A stretch of 64,000 nucleotides of DNA from an uncultured Verrucomicrobiales bacterium. Its GTDB lineage: Bacteria > Verrucomicrobiota > Verrucomicrobiia > Verrucomicrobiales > CAZUPP01. Location of the stretch: positions 63,932 through 127,931 of the forward strand of contig CAZUPP010000009.1 of the NCBI GenBank assembly GCA_964622095.1, in the 5' to 3' direction. Positions within the stretch are counted from its first letter, which is position 1; each line of letters opens with the position of its first letter. Shown here in pieces: positions 1 to 9,358 of the stretch. The notes beneath the pieces are model-generated. The model saw only the letters and a list, made by a program, of their open reading frames with translations. It was not told where the DNA came from and did no database searches. The translations under genes were made by a program, and so were the position numbers.

Positions 1-575
1 AGCCGCTCGGACTGGGTCAGGACATCGACCGCCAAGTCCAGGTCACAATTCGCTTTTTTGGTCACGTTACCATCATCATCTGTGTGACGGCGCATGCGCT
101 TTTCGACGACCTTGTAGCCGATATCCCGGAGGGTCGCGAAGAAGTTTTGAGTGCGGCGGCGGTAATCTGGATCTTCATCCGCGCGCTCTACATCGAAAGG
201 CAGATAGGCACTCAGTTTGACCACCTCGCCGTTATCATGACAGGCAAAGTCCCGCAGCACTTCATACTGCATCCCGTAGCCACCGCCCTGCGCCACGTTC
301 GCACTGTCTACATAGATCCCGACGCGCTGAGTCGGCAAAGCCCCTTTACGATCGGCCAGACTGTCGTCGTCTGACGACGGGGCGTAATTCATCGCCTGGT
401 TGATAGAAGGTTCGCGGCGGCCGCGGCTTTTGTATTCCTCCGCCGTTTCGGCTTCAGCGGCCCCGGTTTCCTCTTCCGGGCTCAAGGTGTCCGTGTCTTG
501 CGATTCAAATTCAGGCACTTTCGTTTTTGGTTTGCGGGTTTTCGTTGCGGTTGAACCCAAGGTTTGTCTGGCCAT
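1..575 (-). CDS. NYN (LabA/DUF88-like) domain protein, N-terminal 191 codons; 3' end lies outside the window
   Basis: Absent from the ORF track because it has no stop in the window. Reverse-strand ATG at 575-573 opens MARQTLGSTATKTRKPKTKVPEFESQDTD..., a disordered stretch of about 85 aa. This is followed by RVGIYVDSANVAQGGGYGMQYEVLRDFA...KKANCDLDLAVDVLTQSER, the pattern of NYN/PIN-like domains. Plus-strand ORFs 84..374 and 400..636 are antisense shadows of this gene. Confidence 0.6.
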   Translation of the reverse strand, partial: MARQTLGSTATKTRKPKTKVPEFESQDTDTLSPEEETGAAEAETAEEYKSRGRREPSINQAMNYAPSSDDDSLADRKGALPTQRVGIYVDSANVAQGGGYGMQYEVLRDFACHDNGEVVKLSAYLPFDVERADEDPDYRRRTQNFFATLRDIGYKVVEKRMRRHTDDDGNVTKKANCDLDLAVDVLTQSER

Positions 576-760
576 AAATTTTGGCGGTTTAATAAGAGGA
601 GGCAGGTATTCTGCCCTAATGGTCTGGGTTGTTTAGCGTGGTCTGATCATCGCTCCATAAGCAGGTTTATTACCTAAGCAGAGTGCTTCGCTGGAGTTTG
701 GCAAATTTACGCAACTTTCATCTCGCCGGATGCCGTCTGCAGGAGGTTGGGCGACAAACG

Positions 761-2041
761 TTATTCCCCTCCCCTCAATGGGGTGAGCGCCTCAGCGTAG
801 CCGGTCAGCTCCATGTAGCCCCGGCCCGCGACAGGTTTCCCTGCCCGGCTGCCCTCTAGGATGACCGCCCCCTCCCAGTAGGCCACGGGAGGGAAGTCCA
901 TTTCCTGCTCGGGAAAGGTGGTCCGTACAGTCAGATCCAGCTCCAGTTTGGGTATCTCAACACGCCATTCCTGGGGATAAGCGCCTCCGGTCTCCGGGCT
1001 GAGCCACGGCTTGGCGGGCGTCAGAGTATATTCCTGGAAAGTGACCATCTGGGAATCCACTTCCGGGCTGACAAAAGTACCCTTACTCGCCGGGTCCACG
1101 CCCCCATCCGCCAGCCGCATCTGGTAAATCATGAGTTCACTGCCGTCATCGAGTTGCAGGCTGAACCAATCCCAGCCAGCCTGGTTTTCACCCAACTGAT
1201 TCGTGGCCCACTCCTGGTCAAACCAGCCTTCTCCTTCTACTTGAATGGGTTCACTCTGATCTCCAGGTTGGACCGTGCCTTCCACCTTCAGCCTGCACCA
1301 GGAGTAATAATGACTGGCCCGGCCTTTCCCCGCGGCCTTCTGGCTCACCCCGTCTTTACCATGGAAGATGGGCCGTTGCGTCGGGGTGAGGCGAAGCTGC
1401 AGTTCCGTTCCGTCTTCCATCCGGCCCGTCGTCTCATACCGGATCAGGGCATTACCTCCCTCCAGGCTGATGCTGTCCCGGTAGACGGCCCGGACTTCCC
1501 AGTCTTCGATCCAGGCGAGCCGGGCTGTCCGCTCCTGATTCTGCCCGGGGTTGTCCGGGGAAGGGGTGTAGAGTTCATTTCCAGCCTCACCGAAAACTCC
1601 ACGGGCTACTTTCTGCTCACGATAATGCTTTTTTCGCTTCAAATCGCTCAACGCGAGGTGGGCGAAATAGAAACTGCTCTTCAGCCAACGCGATTTCGGT
1701 TCCGCGTCTTGCCAGTCCCCGGGCGGGATCACCCCCTGACGGAACAGGGTGACCTGGAAGCCATAGCGCTCTTGCGGGTCTGTCTTCGCGCGGAGGTTTC
1801 CCGTGAAGTACCACCATTCCGTTTGAAAGTCAGGATGGGCAAAGTGATCCCGTGGAAACTGATACTCCCAGCCGGGCAGCGCCTTGCGCCATTCCCCCCC
1901 GGACGGAGCCTGCCAAGACTTCACCACAGGTGCCGCGGGTGCGGAAGGTTCTGCGCCGTCCAAGAACGCCGTGGATACTGTGCCGATGACCACGGCGATG
2001 GCTGCGAAAGGGGTGTTTAAGTGTGACGATTTAAGTAACAT
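761..2041 (-). CDS. CrtC/AttH-family protein (carotenoid 1,2-hydratase-like lipocalin fold), secreted
   Basis: 426-aa ORF with ATG start and a hydrophobic N-terminus (FAAIAVVIGTVSTAF). The motif DHFAHPDFQTEWWYFTGNL and the length fit the hydroxyneurosporene synthase/AttH family. The true substrate is unknown. Confidence 0.65.
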   Translation of the reverse strand: MLLKSSHLNTPFAAIAVVIGTVSTAFLDGAEPSAPAAPVVKSWQAPSGGEWRKALPGWEYQFPRDHFAHPDFQTEWWYFTGNLRAKTDPQERYGFQVTLFRQGVIPPGDWQDAEPKSRWLKSSFYFAHLALSDLKRKKHYREQKVARGVFGEAGNELYTPSPDNPGQNQERTARLAWIEDWEVRAVYRDSISLEGGNALIRYETTGRMEDGTELQLRLTPTQRPIFHGKDGVSQKAAGKGRASHYYSWCRLKVEGTVQPGDQSEPIQVEGEGWFDQEWATNQLGENQAGWDWFSLQLDDGSELMIYQMRLADGGVDPASKGTFVSPEVDSQMVTFQEYTLTPAKPWLSPETGGAYPQEWRVEIPKLELDLTVRTTFPEQEMDFPPVAYWEGAVILEGSRAGKPVAGRGYMELTGYAEALTPLRGGE

Positions 2042-2141
2042 TGCGTTTTTTTGTGGTCATGCGGCCGCAAGGAACGATTATCTTTCTACAGGTTATTAAC
2101 ACTTTAACCGCTCTCACCTCTACCTCTTCACCTTCAGGTTT

Positions 2142-2471
2142 ATGCACGACGGCTTCCACTATACGGATACGCCAGGACAACCGTTTGCGCTGTTTTCGGC
2201 TGCCAAGCTCGCTTCACAGTTTGAAGAGGCTTGGGTTGTCGAACAGGCGGTGCTGGTCAATCATGGTCCTCATTCTTTCCGGCTGGAGGTTGCCCGGCGC
2301 ATTGGCTCCCAGCCTGGTTTCCAGTGTTGCATCCATGAAGAAGAACGTCTGAGCGGGATCTGGCGCCGCACGCCGTTCTTTAATTACGGCTCAAGCGTGG
2401 AAGACGCCCTGAACAAGGGCCTGCTCCAATTGGCTCAGCTTCTGCGAGCCAATCAGGAAGCGGTCGCCTGA
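2142..2471 (+). CDS. hypothetical small protein (109 aa)
   Basis: ORF only, with no motif recognised. It sits between two minus-strand genes and overlaps the thioesterase 3' end by 19 nt. ORF 2041..2352 competes in another frame. Confidence 0.3.
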   Translation: MHDGFHYTDTPGQPFALFSAAKLASQFEEAWVVEQAVLVNHGPHSFRLEVARRIGSQPGFQCCIHEEERLSGIWRRTPFFNYGSSVEDALNKGLLQLAQLLRANQEAVA

Positions 2472-2953
2472 GACTTTACCTCACTGAGTCCCGGCCAACG
2501 CTCTAACCATTCCGCCGGGACACGCATGGGGCGGTTGGCCTTGGCATCGACAAAGGCCAGGCTCTGGCGGCTGGTGACCAGTAGTTCACGCTCCCCAGGC
2601 TCTCCCCCGGATTTGGGACGGGTGATCTCGAACTCCACCCAGAATCGTGCCCGCTCCAACTGAGTGACTCCCCCAGAGATAAGCAGGTGATCTCCCAGCA
2701 CGGCGGGTCGGCGGTAGTCGACCTCCGTCCGCGCCACGACGACATACCGGCCCTGTTTCGCCATTTCGACCAGGTCCAGACCCATCGCTTCCGCCAGCTC
2801 TGTGCGGGCCGTTTCAATGAAACGCAGATAGGAGATATTGCTCACCACCCCGCCTGCGTCTGTGTCAAAGAACATCACCTTGTAGTGATGCTCTGCCCTG
2901 GGAAATTCCGTTGCACCGTCCATCGCAGGGTTAAAGCTGTGGCTTGCCACCAT
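2453..2953 (-). CDS. acyl-CoA thioesterase, 4HBT/YbgC family
   Basis: 166 aa. YKVMFFDTDAGGVVSNISYLRFIETARTELAEAMG is the hot-dog fold thioesterase N-terminal signature, with the catalytic Asp in FDTD. Confidence 0.75.
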   Translation of the reverse strand: MVASHSFNPAMDGATEFPRAEHHYKVMFFDTDAGGVVSNISYLRFIETARTELAEAMGLDLVEMAKQGRYVVVARTEVDYRRPAVLGDHLLISGGVTQLERARFWVEFEITRPKSGGEPGERELLVTSRQSLAFVDAKANRPMRVPAEWLERWPGLSEVKSQATAS

Positions 2954-3019
2954 CCCTTGGCAAGTGTTTCATCGGCTCGGTAAGAAGCTTTCAGTCTTCC
3001 CGCGTTCCTGTCCCACGCC

Positions 3020-5233
3020 ATGTCTACCACTGAGCAGCAGCCCATGCCCCCGGCGGATGCCACCCCTTTGCTTTACCCTGAATTAACGGAAACCAGCGCA
3101 GCGGACGGCGGATCAGGACCGTTGCGCTCTCCCCTGGCCTATCTCTTTTCCCGCCACCCGGTGCCGTCTCAGACTTTCTGTGACACAGAGATCCTGGCGC
3201 TGGAACGCAAGGGCATCTACCCGCTGATCGCCTCGATCAATCCGCCGAAAACAAGCTTCCGCCATCCCCTCGTCGATCAGCATGTCTCGCCCTTCTTTCT
3301 CAATCCCCCCTCCGCTGTCCTGAGAGCCCTGGAAGAGGAGGCGCGTGAAAACGGGACATGGCCGGAGAAGCTCGTTGAGCGGCACCGGCGCCTCTACGGG
3401 GAAGCGTTCAAACCGGATCAGCGCTGCCGGAATGCACTCTACTTCGCCCGGCTCTTCAAACGCCGCGGAGTGAGACATATCCACGTTCATTTTATCAACC
3501 GTGCGACGCATACCGCCCTCTTTCTCAAGCAGGTGGCCGGGATCACCTACAGCATCACGGCCCATGCTCAGGATTTCATGGTGGACCTGGCCAATGAAGA
3601 GCTCCTGCGCGAGATGGTGCGCGAATCCAGCTTCACCATCACCGTGAGTGACTTTAGCCGCAAGCTGCTCACCGGGATCTGTCCTTTTGCGGAAGAAAAA
3701 ATTTCCAAGGTCTACAATGGAATCGACCTGAGCCGGTTCATCCCGCGCACCTGGCCAGGGGGTCCGGTCAATCCAGCTCTGGAAGCCGGTCATGGTGATC
3801 CGGTGCGCATCGTCTCAATCGGACGGCTGATTGAGTTCAAGGGCTTCCATAAGCTTATGGACGCCTGTGCCCGGCTCAAGAGAATCGGGCTCCCCTTTGA
3901 ATGTGTCATCGTGGGTGAAGGCCCATGGTCTGAGCGCCTCATCAAGCAGCGGGATGAACTGGGTTTGAGCGACTCTGAGTTCCGTTTTCTCGGTTCGCTT
4001 GATCAGGACGGTGTCCGAGAGCTTTTGCAGTCGGCGCACATTTTTGCGCTCGCGTCCCTCGTCGATGAAAAAGGTGCCTCAGATGTTTTGCCTACCGTCA
4101 TCATCGAGGCCATGGCCACCGGCCTTCCTGTTATCTCTACACGTCTGGCGGGCATTCCGGAAATGGTGAAGCACGGGGTTACCGGTCTGCTTGCGGACCC
4201 AGGCGACGCCGAGGAACTGGCCCATCACCTGGAGCATCTGGTGCGCAATCCGGGTATTGGACAGGAAATGGGACGTAAAGGACGAATCCGCGCGGAGCAG
4301 CATTTTGACTGCGCCCAGAGCGCGGACATCCTGCTCAGCCTGTTTCACAAGCACGCCCGTCTGGAACTGCGCCCTGATCCGGACAAACCTGGCAACCAGC
4401 CAGTCACCCAAAGCCTTCAGCCCGCCTACTATCTTCTCTCGACTCCCTGGCTGGATCCGCTTGAGATTCAGCGGGTTATCCTGGAGATTGAAAGCCTGCG
4501 GGAACGTTTGCCGGCCCTGTCCATCCGTATCATTTTCGCGCACGGCCCGGCCGCCTTACCGGCTGGCCTCAGTCCAATGCAGCGTTCCTTTATTCTGGAC
4601 GCACTCTTCCTCCATGACGGCCCGCTGCGTGAGGCCTCCTGGCAGGCTTTCCGACGCCGGTCACCGGACGACTTTTTTGCCATGGAACAATGGCACGCGG
4701 AACTCAGCCCTGAGGTTCCATTTCCCGTTTTTCAAACCCAGCTTCAGACCGCCGTTTTCATTGATCAACACCTCGGCCTTTCCGGACTGTGTCCAGGTTC
4801 AAAGCATGATCACTCACCCGGATGCCCACTCTTTTTCTGCCGCGGACTGGATGGACTCGTCGCAAGCTGGTGCTTGCGCCAGCTTCAGCCAGGAGTGCGT
4901 CTGGCCTACAGTCAGGCTTCGGAAACTCCGGCGCGCCGCGGCGTCCTGAAGCAGCTTCTCCCTTCCGTTCAGCTCGCCCGGTTGCCAGACCCGGACAGTT
5001 GGCGCGCCTGGTATGCCGAAAAGGGTCAGCCGCTCCCCACACGCCTTCTTGGTAATTGGCTTGATCAAAGTATCGACGCGCGGCTTACGCGTATCAGTAA
5101 GCTGGAAACCAATCTCAGTTTCCTTGGAATCAAAACTCCGCGCCGGCAGCTCGCCGAAAATTTTGAGGAATCGATTGAAGAATGGGCCGTGGCCATCCGC
5201 TCACTCGTCCCCAAAAATGTGACCGGTGCATAA
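3020..5233 (+). CDS. glycosyltransferase family 4 (GT-B) with an uncharacterised C-terminal extension of about 280 aa
   Basis: 737 aa. The GT4 core includes VGEGPW...LGSLDQDGVRELLQSAHIFALAS...LPTVIIEAMATGLPVISTRLAGIPEMVKHGVTGLL (E-x7-E region). From about residue 455 onward I recognise no motif. Confidence 0.8.
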   Translation: MSTTEQQPMPPADATPLLYPELTETSAADGGSGPLRSPLAYLFSRHPVPSQTFCDTEILALERKGIYPLIASINPPKTSFRHPLVDQHVSPFFLNPPSAVLRALEEEARENGTWPEKLVERHRRLYGEAFKPDQRCRNALYFARLFKRRGVRHIHVHFINRATHTALFLKQVAGITYSITAHAQDFMVDLANEELLREMVRESSFTITVSDFSRKLLTGICPFAEEKISKVYNGIDLSRFIPRTWPGGPVNPALEAGHGDPVRIVSIGRLIEFKGFHKLMDACARLKRIGLPFECVIVGEGPWSERLIKQRDELGLSDSEFRFLGSLDQDGVRELLQSAHIFALASLVDEKGASDVLPTVIIEAMATGLPVISTRLAGIPEMVKHGVTGLLADPGDAEELAHHLEHLVRNPGIGQEMGRKGRIRAEQHFDCAQSADILLSLFHKHARLELRPDPDKPGNQPVTQSLQPAYYLLSTPWLDPLEIQRVILEIESLRERLPALSIRIIFAHGPAALPAGLSPMQRSFILDALFLHDGPLREASWQAFRRRSPDDFFAMEQWHAELSPEVPFPVFQTQLQTAVFIDQHLGLSGLCPGSKHDHSPGCPLFFCRGLDGLVASWCLRQLQPGVRLAYSQASETPARRGVLKQLLPSVQLARLPDPDSWRAWYAEKGQPLPTRLLGNWLDQSIDARLTRISKLETNLSFLGIKTPRRQLAENFEESIEEWAVAIRSLVPKNVTGA

Positions 5234-5253
5234 CCATTGCTTTTGATCTGATC

Positions 5254-6540
5254 ATGGCACGCCCCCCTTCCATTGCCGTAATTATTCCGCTCTACCGGCA
5301 TGAACATTATATCGCCGAGACCCTCGCCAGTGTAACGAACCAGAGTCTGCTACCGGAATGCATTCTGGTCCTTGACGACGGCTCTCCGGATCACTCCTTG
5401 GAGGCGGCCCGTGCTGCCGCCAGCCGCTCCAGCCGTATCGAGGTCCACACCCAGGAAAATCAGGGCGCGCATCACGCCTTGAATTCCCTGGTTGCCATGG
5501 CAACGAAAAAAGGTTGTGAGCTCTGCGCCATTCTCAATTCAGACGACCGGTTTCATCCGCAACGGCTGGAAAAAACGGCGGCTCATTTACATGCGAATCC
5601 CGGCGCCCAGGTGGTCTGTACATCCCTCCGGCTCATTGATGACCACGGCAAAAAACTCGATGATTACCATTCGCGCGCGCGCTGGTTTCAGGCCGTCTGG
5701 TCCTGGAGGGAACGCTACGAAAAAGGTGAAGTCACTCTGTCCGAATGGCTCGGGCTCGCGAATTTTCTCGCCACCACCAGCAATGTAGTCGCGCGCACCG
5801 ACTATCTCAAGGCCCATCCCTTTAGGAATTATCGCTACGCTCACGACTACTATTTTCTAGCGGAGGCTGCGCTTCGCGAAGAACTCACGCTCCTGCCAGA
5901 GCCCCTCGTGGATTACCGCGTGCACGAGAAAAATACCATTTCCACTGCCCCGGAGAAGTTGACCTCAGAAATCCTCCGCGTGCACCTGGATTTACTGCGA
6001 AGTCTCGCTCCGGACCTGGACAAAGATCCGGCTCTGCGCCAACGGACCGCGCAATACTTTCATAATGCATGGCAGAACGTCAGCGCACTCCGGATGGATT
6101 TATTCACCACGGTGTGTGCCCAACTCGCCGCTGGATACAGCGACGAGGAATTTGCCGCGGGCCTCGAAACGATCTCTGCCGATCATTTTCCGGAACTGAC
6201 CGCTTTTCCAAATAAGGACCTCGTGAATACCCATCGCGAAGGTCACGTTCTGGGAAGCGACTCCGGATTGATCAGCCGCTTCGAGGAACGCAATAGCGAG
6301 CTGAAAGAAGCCAAGGCCCAATTAAAAGCTCTTCGCGACCTGGAACGGCTTCGCCGGGAAATTTCAGGCTCTTCGTGGCTGGCCCTCGGCCGATTTATTT
6401 TCCGCGGCAAAGCCTGGACGACGAATGCGGGTAAAACCCCTCGGGAAAAACGGGAGCGCCTGCGTGAGGCCCTTCACCGGAGCATGTGGTACCGCTTTGG
6501 CCGCACCTGTGGGCTGATCAGGGATCTTCTCGCAGAGTGA
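5254..6540 (+). CDS. glycosyltransferase family 2 with C-terminal coiled-coil tail
   Basis: ATG at 5254 gives MARPPSIAVIIPLYRHEHYIAETLASVTNQS...VLDDGSPDHS...NSDD, a GT-A DxD fold. The tail FEERNSELKEAKAQLKALRDLERLRRE is coiled-coil-like. The ORF-track start at 5182 lies inside the preceding gene. Confidence 0.8.
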   Translation: MARPPSIAVIIPLYRHEHYIAETLASVTNQSLLPECILVLDDGSPDHSLEAARAAASRSSRIEVHTQENQGAHHALNSLVAMATKKGCELCAILNSDDRFHPQRLEKTAAHLHANPGAQVVCTSLRLIDDHGKKLDDYHSRARWFQAVWSWRERYEKGEVTLSEWLGLANFLATTSNVVARTDYLKAHPFRNYRYAHDYYFLAEAALREELTLLPEPLVDYRVHEKNTISTAPEKLTSEILRVHLDLLRSLAPDLDKDPALRQRTAQYFHNAWQNVSALRMDLFTTVCAQLAAGYSDEEFAAGLETISADHFPELTAFPNKDLVNTHREGHVLGSDSGLISRFEERNSELKEAKAQLKALRDLERLRREISGSSWLALGRFIFRGKAWTTNAGKTPREKRERLREALHRSMWYRFGRTCGLIRDLLAE

Positions 6541-6562
6541 ATCTGAGCTGCTATATTCTTGT

Positions 6563-7207
6563 ATGACTGTCTACCCTTCAGCCAGCTCCGTGCACCAAAG
6601 GTCTGCGGCAATGGACGATCTTCAAAGCGGGGACCGGCTTTCGCAGCCAGAATTTCATCGTCGCTATCTTTTGATGGGGGAGCATGTCCGCGCCGAACTG
6701 ATAGAAGGTATCGTTTTTATGGCTTCACCCTTATCCGCTTACCATGGCAGACCCCATGCTCATTTGATTTACTGGCTGGGAGATTATGTCCGGTCAAAGC
6801 CTGACCTGGGACTGGACGTCCTCGATGCTGTCTCGCTCATTATCGACAACGAAAACGAGGTTCAGCCAGACATCACAGTGCGTCAGACCAAAGGTTCAGA
6901 AGCAGATGATAGTTATGTCGATAGCGATGGCTACATTCGTGGCGCGCCCAGTTTCGTGATCGAGATTTCTCGCAGCAGCGTTTCCATTGATCTGCATGCC
7001 AAAAAGCGAATTTACGAACGCATCGGTGTGCGCGAATATTTAGTCCTCAAAGCCGATGATCTTGCCGGAGTTTGGTTCACACTCGAAAACGGCGCTTATC
7101 AGACAATCCAGCCAAACGAAAATGGTGATTTGGAAAGCCGAATCTACCCCGGCCTCATTCTTCTTCGCTCATTTTTAGAGGGTTTACGCTCGCAAATGCA
7201 GGCTTAG
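6563..7207 (+). CDS. Uma2 (DUF820) family putative endonuclease
   Basis: 214 aa. It shows the Uma2/PD-(D/E)xK-like pattern: EFHRRYLLMGEHVRAELIEGIVFMASP...HG.PH, PDITV, and APSFVIEISRSSVSIDLHAKKRIYERIGVREYLV. Confidence 0.75.
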   Translation: MTVYPSASSVHQRSAAMDDLQSGDRLSQPEFHRRYLLMGEHVRAELIEGIVFMASPLSAYHGRPHAHLIYWLGDYVRSKPDLGLDVLDAVSLIIDNENEVQPDITVRQTKGSEADDSYVDSDGYIRGAPSFVIEISRSSVSIDLHAKKRIYERIGVREYLVLKADDLAGVWFTLENGAYQTIQPNENGDLESRIYPGLILLRSFLEGLRSQMQA

Positions 7208-7225
7208 GTAGCAATTACGAAACAC

Positions 7226-8227
7226 CTATTCCGCAATCACCCGGCGGATTTCCTGCAGTTCTGCCTCAGAGAAATCAGGTTGAGATTTGACGGCGCGCAC
7301 ATTTTCTTCAATCTGCGAAGTGCGGCTGGCGCCGACCAGAACGCTGGTGACCCGTTCGTCCCGCAGGAGCCATCCGAGGCTCATGGCGGCGAGAGTTTGC
7401 CCGCGGCGCTGGGCAATGTCATTAAGTTCGCCAATTTTTTTCTGTAATTCCGGCGTGATGCGTTCCGGCTGTAAAAAGGGGCTCGGACGAGCCGCGCGGG
7501 AATCATCTGGCACGGACTGTAGATATTTACTCGTGAGAAGTCCCTGTTCGAGTGGACTGAAAGATATCAGTCCGATCCCGTTATCCGCGCAGGCGGTAAG
7601 GGTGCCTTCCTCTTCCACCCCACGGGTAAATAAACTGTATTTGCTTTGGTTCAAAACCACCGGCACTTTATGATCGCGTAAAATGGCGCAGGCTTGGCGG
7701 GTCTGCTCCGCATTGTAATTACTGATTCCGGCGTAAAGCGCCTTGCCGCTGTGCACGGCTCGCGCGAGAGCGCCCATGGATTCTTCCAAATCTGTTTCCG
7801 GATCATAACGATGATGATAAAATATATCGACGTAATCAATGTTCATCCGCGCGAGACTCTGATCGAGGCTGGAAAGCAGATATTTCCGGGAGCCCCCATT
7901 ACCGTAGGGACCCTTCCACATAAAATACCCGGCTTTCGTGGAGATGACGACCTCATCCCGGTGTGCGGCGAATTCTTCCCGGAGAAAACGCCCGAAAAAA
8001 TACTCCGCCATGCCCGGAGGCGGGCCGTAATTATTGGCCAGATCAAAATGGGTGATTCCCAGATCAAAGGATTTCGTGAGGATCGTCCGCGCCTCCACCG
8101 GATCATCGTCTGCGCCGAAATTATGCCATAGCCCGATGGAAACCGCTGGCAGCTTCAGTCCACTCTTCCCGCATCTGCGGTAGGGCATGTCATCATAGCG
8201 GGTCTGAGAAAAATTGTCTTTCTCCAT
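7226..8227 (-). CDS. aldo/keto reductase, YghZ/L-glyceraldehyde-3-phosphate reductase-like
   Basis: 333 aa. MPYRRCGKSGLKLPAVSIGLWHNFG...THFDLANNYGPPPG...ISTKAG matches the AKR14-type signature end to end. Confidence 0.85.
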   Translation of the reverse strand: MEKDNFSQTRYDDMPYRRCGKSGLKLPAVSIGLWHNFGADDDPVEARTILTKSFDLGITHFDLANNYGPPPGMAEYFFGRFLREEFAAHRDEVVISTKAGYFMWKGPYGNGGSRKYLLSSLDQSLARMNIDYVDIFYHHRYDPETDLEESMGALARAVHSGKALYAGISNYNAEQTRQACAILRDHKVPVVLNQSKYSLFTRGVEEEGTLTACADNGIGLISFSPLEQGLLTSKYLQSVPDDSRAARPSPFLQPERITPELQKKIGELNDIAQRRGQTLAAMSLGWLLRDERVTSVLVGASRTSQIEENVRAVKSQPDFSEAELQEIRRVIAE

Positions 8228-8263
8228 GGCGGTAGCCTATATCTCATCCGGATACAAAGTAAA

Positions 8264-8291
8264 GCCGGTGGACAGTCTCCCATCCACCGGC
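8264..8291 (-). terminator. intrinsic terminator candidate downstream of the small lipoprotein gene
   Basis: Perfect 9-bp stem gccggtgga / tccaccggc (8264-8272 and 8283-8291) with a 10-nt loop. On the minus strand it is followed by TTTACTTTGT. It lies 25 nt after the stop at 8316. Confidence 0.55.
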
Positions 8292-8315
8292 CCGAAAATT
8301 ATTGCCTGGCACGAA

Positions 8316-8477
8316 TCAGTTCGTGACCGTGCGGGCGGCAGCGTTGCCGATGCCTTCGGCACCGTCAATGACACCTCTACCCGCATCTGCGGTGGCACGG
8401 CCAATCGCGCATCCGCTCATAGCCAACGTGGCGGCGGAGAAAACAAGGGCGATAATGAAAGTAAGAATCTTTTTCAT
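8316..8477 (-). CDS. small lipoprotein (53 aa), entericidin-like in size and composition
   Basis: ATG at 8477 gives MKKILTFIIALVFSAATLAMSGC, a signal peptide plus lipobox, then a Gly/Ala-rich tail. A strong hairpin follows the gene. Confidence 0.45.
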   Translation of the reverse strand: MKKILTFIIALVFSAATLAMSGCAIGRATADAGRGVIDGAEGIGNAAARTVTN

Positions 8478-8549
8478 GTGTGTATTTGAACGATTGTTAG
8501 GTTCAGAGTTTGGTTGGGTGAGCAATCTGCTGCGGTCTCCATTAAAGCA

Positions 8550-9038
8550 TCAACCACCCGCCTGGCGAGCAAAAACCAGCGTCGGCCCTTCCTGTTCCGG
8601 TATGCCATTCTCAGAGAAACTCAACATGCTGAGATGAAGCCACCCGGTCCCTTTCATCGTGGCGTTCAGCAGCCTGATCTCGCTATCATACTCGCCGGGC
8701 TCGGCGATCACGAGAAAGGTTTGCCCGGAAACTCCCTGCACAAGAATATAGCTAAAGGGCTCTTCCTCCTGCGGGATCAGCACCCGGCCGTTCTCCTCAA
8801 AGCTCATCGGTAATTGAGCATCGTCATCCTGCAAAATGGCCTTGACCTCCTCAAGTGCTTCCGGGTCACCGGCGTTTGCTTCTTTGCAGGCCTCTCCATC
8901 CAGGCTCCACGCGCCGATCAGCAGTTTTTCCATCTCCGTAAGCGATTGCGATTGCTCGCTGGCAGATAGCGTGGCGGCTCCCGTCATAACGATGAACAGG
9001 AAGAGAAAAGTGTTCGTGAGGATTCGCTTGAGCATCAT
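8550..9038 (-). CDS. secreted hypothetical protein (162 aa)
   Basis: MMLKRILTNTFLFLFIVMTGAATLSASEQ is a cleavable signal peptide. The rest has no recognised motif. Confidence 0.55.
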   Translation of the reverse strand: MMLKRILTNTFLFLFIVMTGAATLSASEQSQSLTEMEKLLIGAWSLDGEACKEANAGDPEALEEVKAILQDDDAQLPMSFEENGRVLIPQEEEPFSYILVQGVSGQTFLVIAEPGEYDSEIRLLNATMKGTGWLHLSMLSFSENGIPEQEGPTLVFARQAGG

Positions 9039-9358
9039 TTGTGATTTATAGGGTATTTTCTGGTTGGAAAAGTGTCGCGTTCCGTTCGTCGCGGCGGAGT
9101 GAGTAGAGCATAAATCCCGGTGAAGGTCTATCGGGAAATCATTCCTGTTCTGATGATATATGCATTATCCAATAAATCCGTCGCTACCGCCCCTCCTGGC
9201 ATTCTGCTCGAGCCTGGTCCCTTGCTCGATATATTCTGCGATGGCATTGAGATCCACCGGCTAGGATCCTTCCCTGTTATGTTCGAATTATCTAAATCAA
9301 AAATTATCCTTAAGCTAAAGGCGATTTTTTTCATTGGAACAGGAAGCCACCATGTCCC

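Noticed and set aside
84-636. Plus-strand ORFs 84..374 and 400..636 at the left edge.
   Set aside because: The minus strand here encodes a recognisable NYN-domain protein with an ATG at 575. The plus-strand ORFs are antisense shadows.
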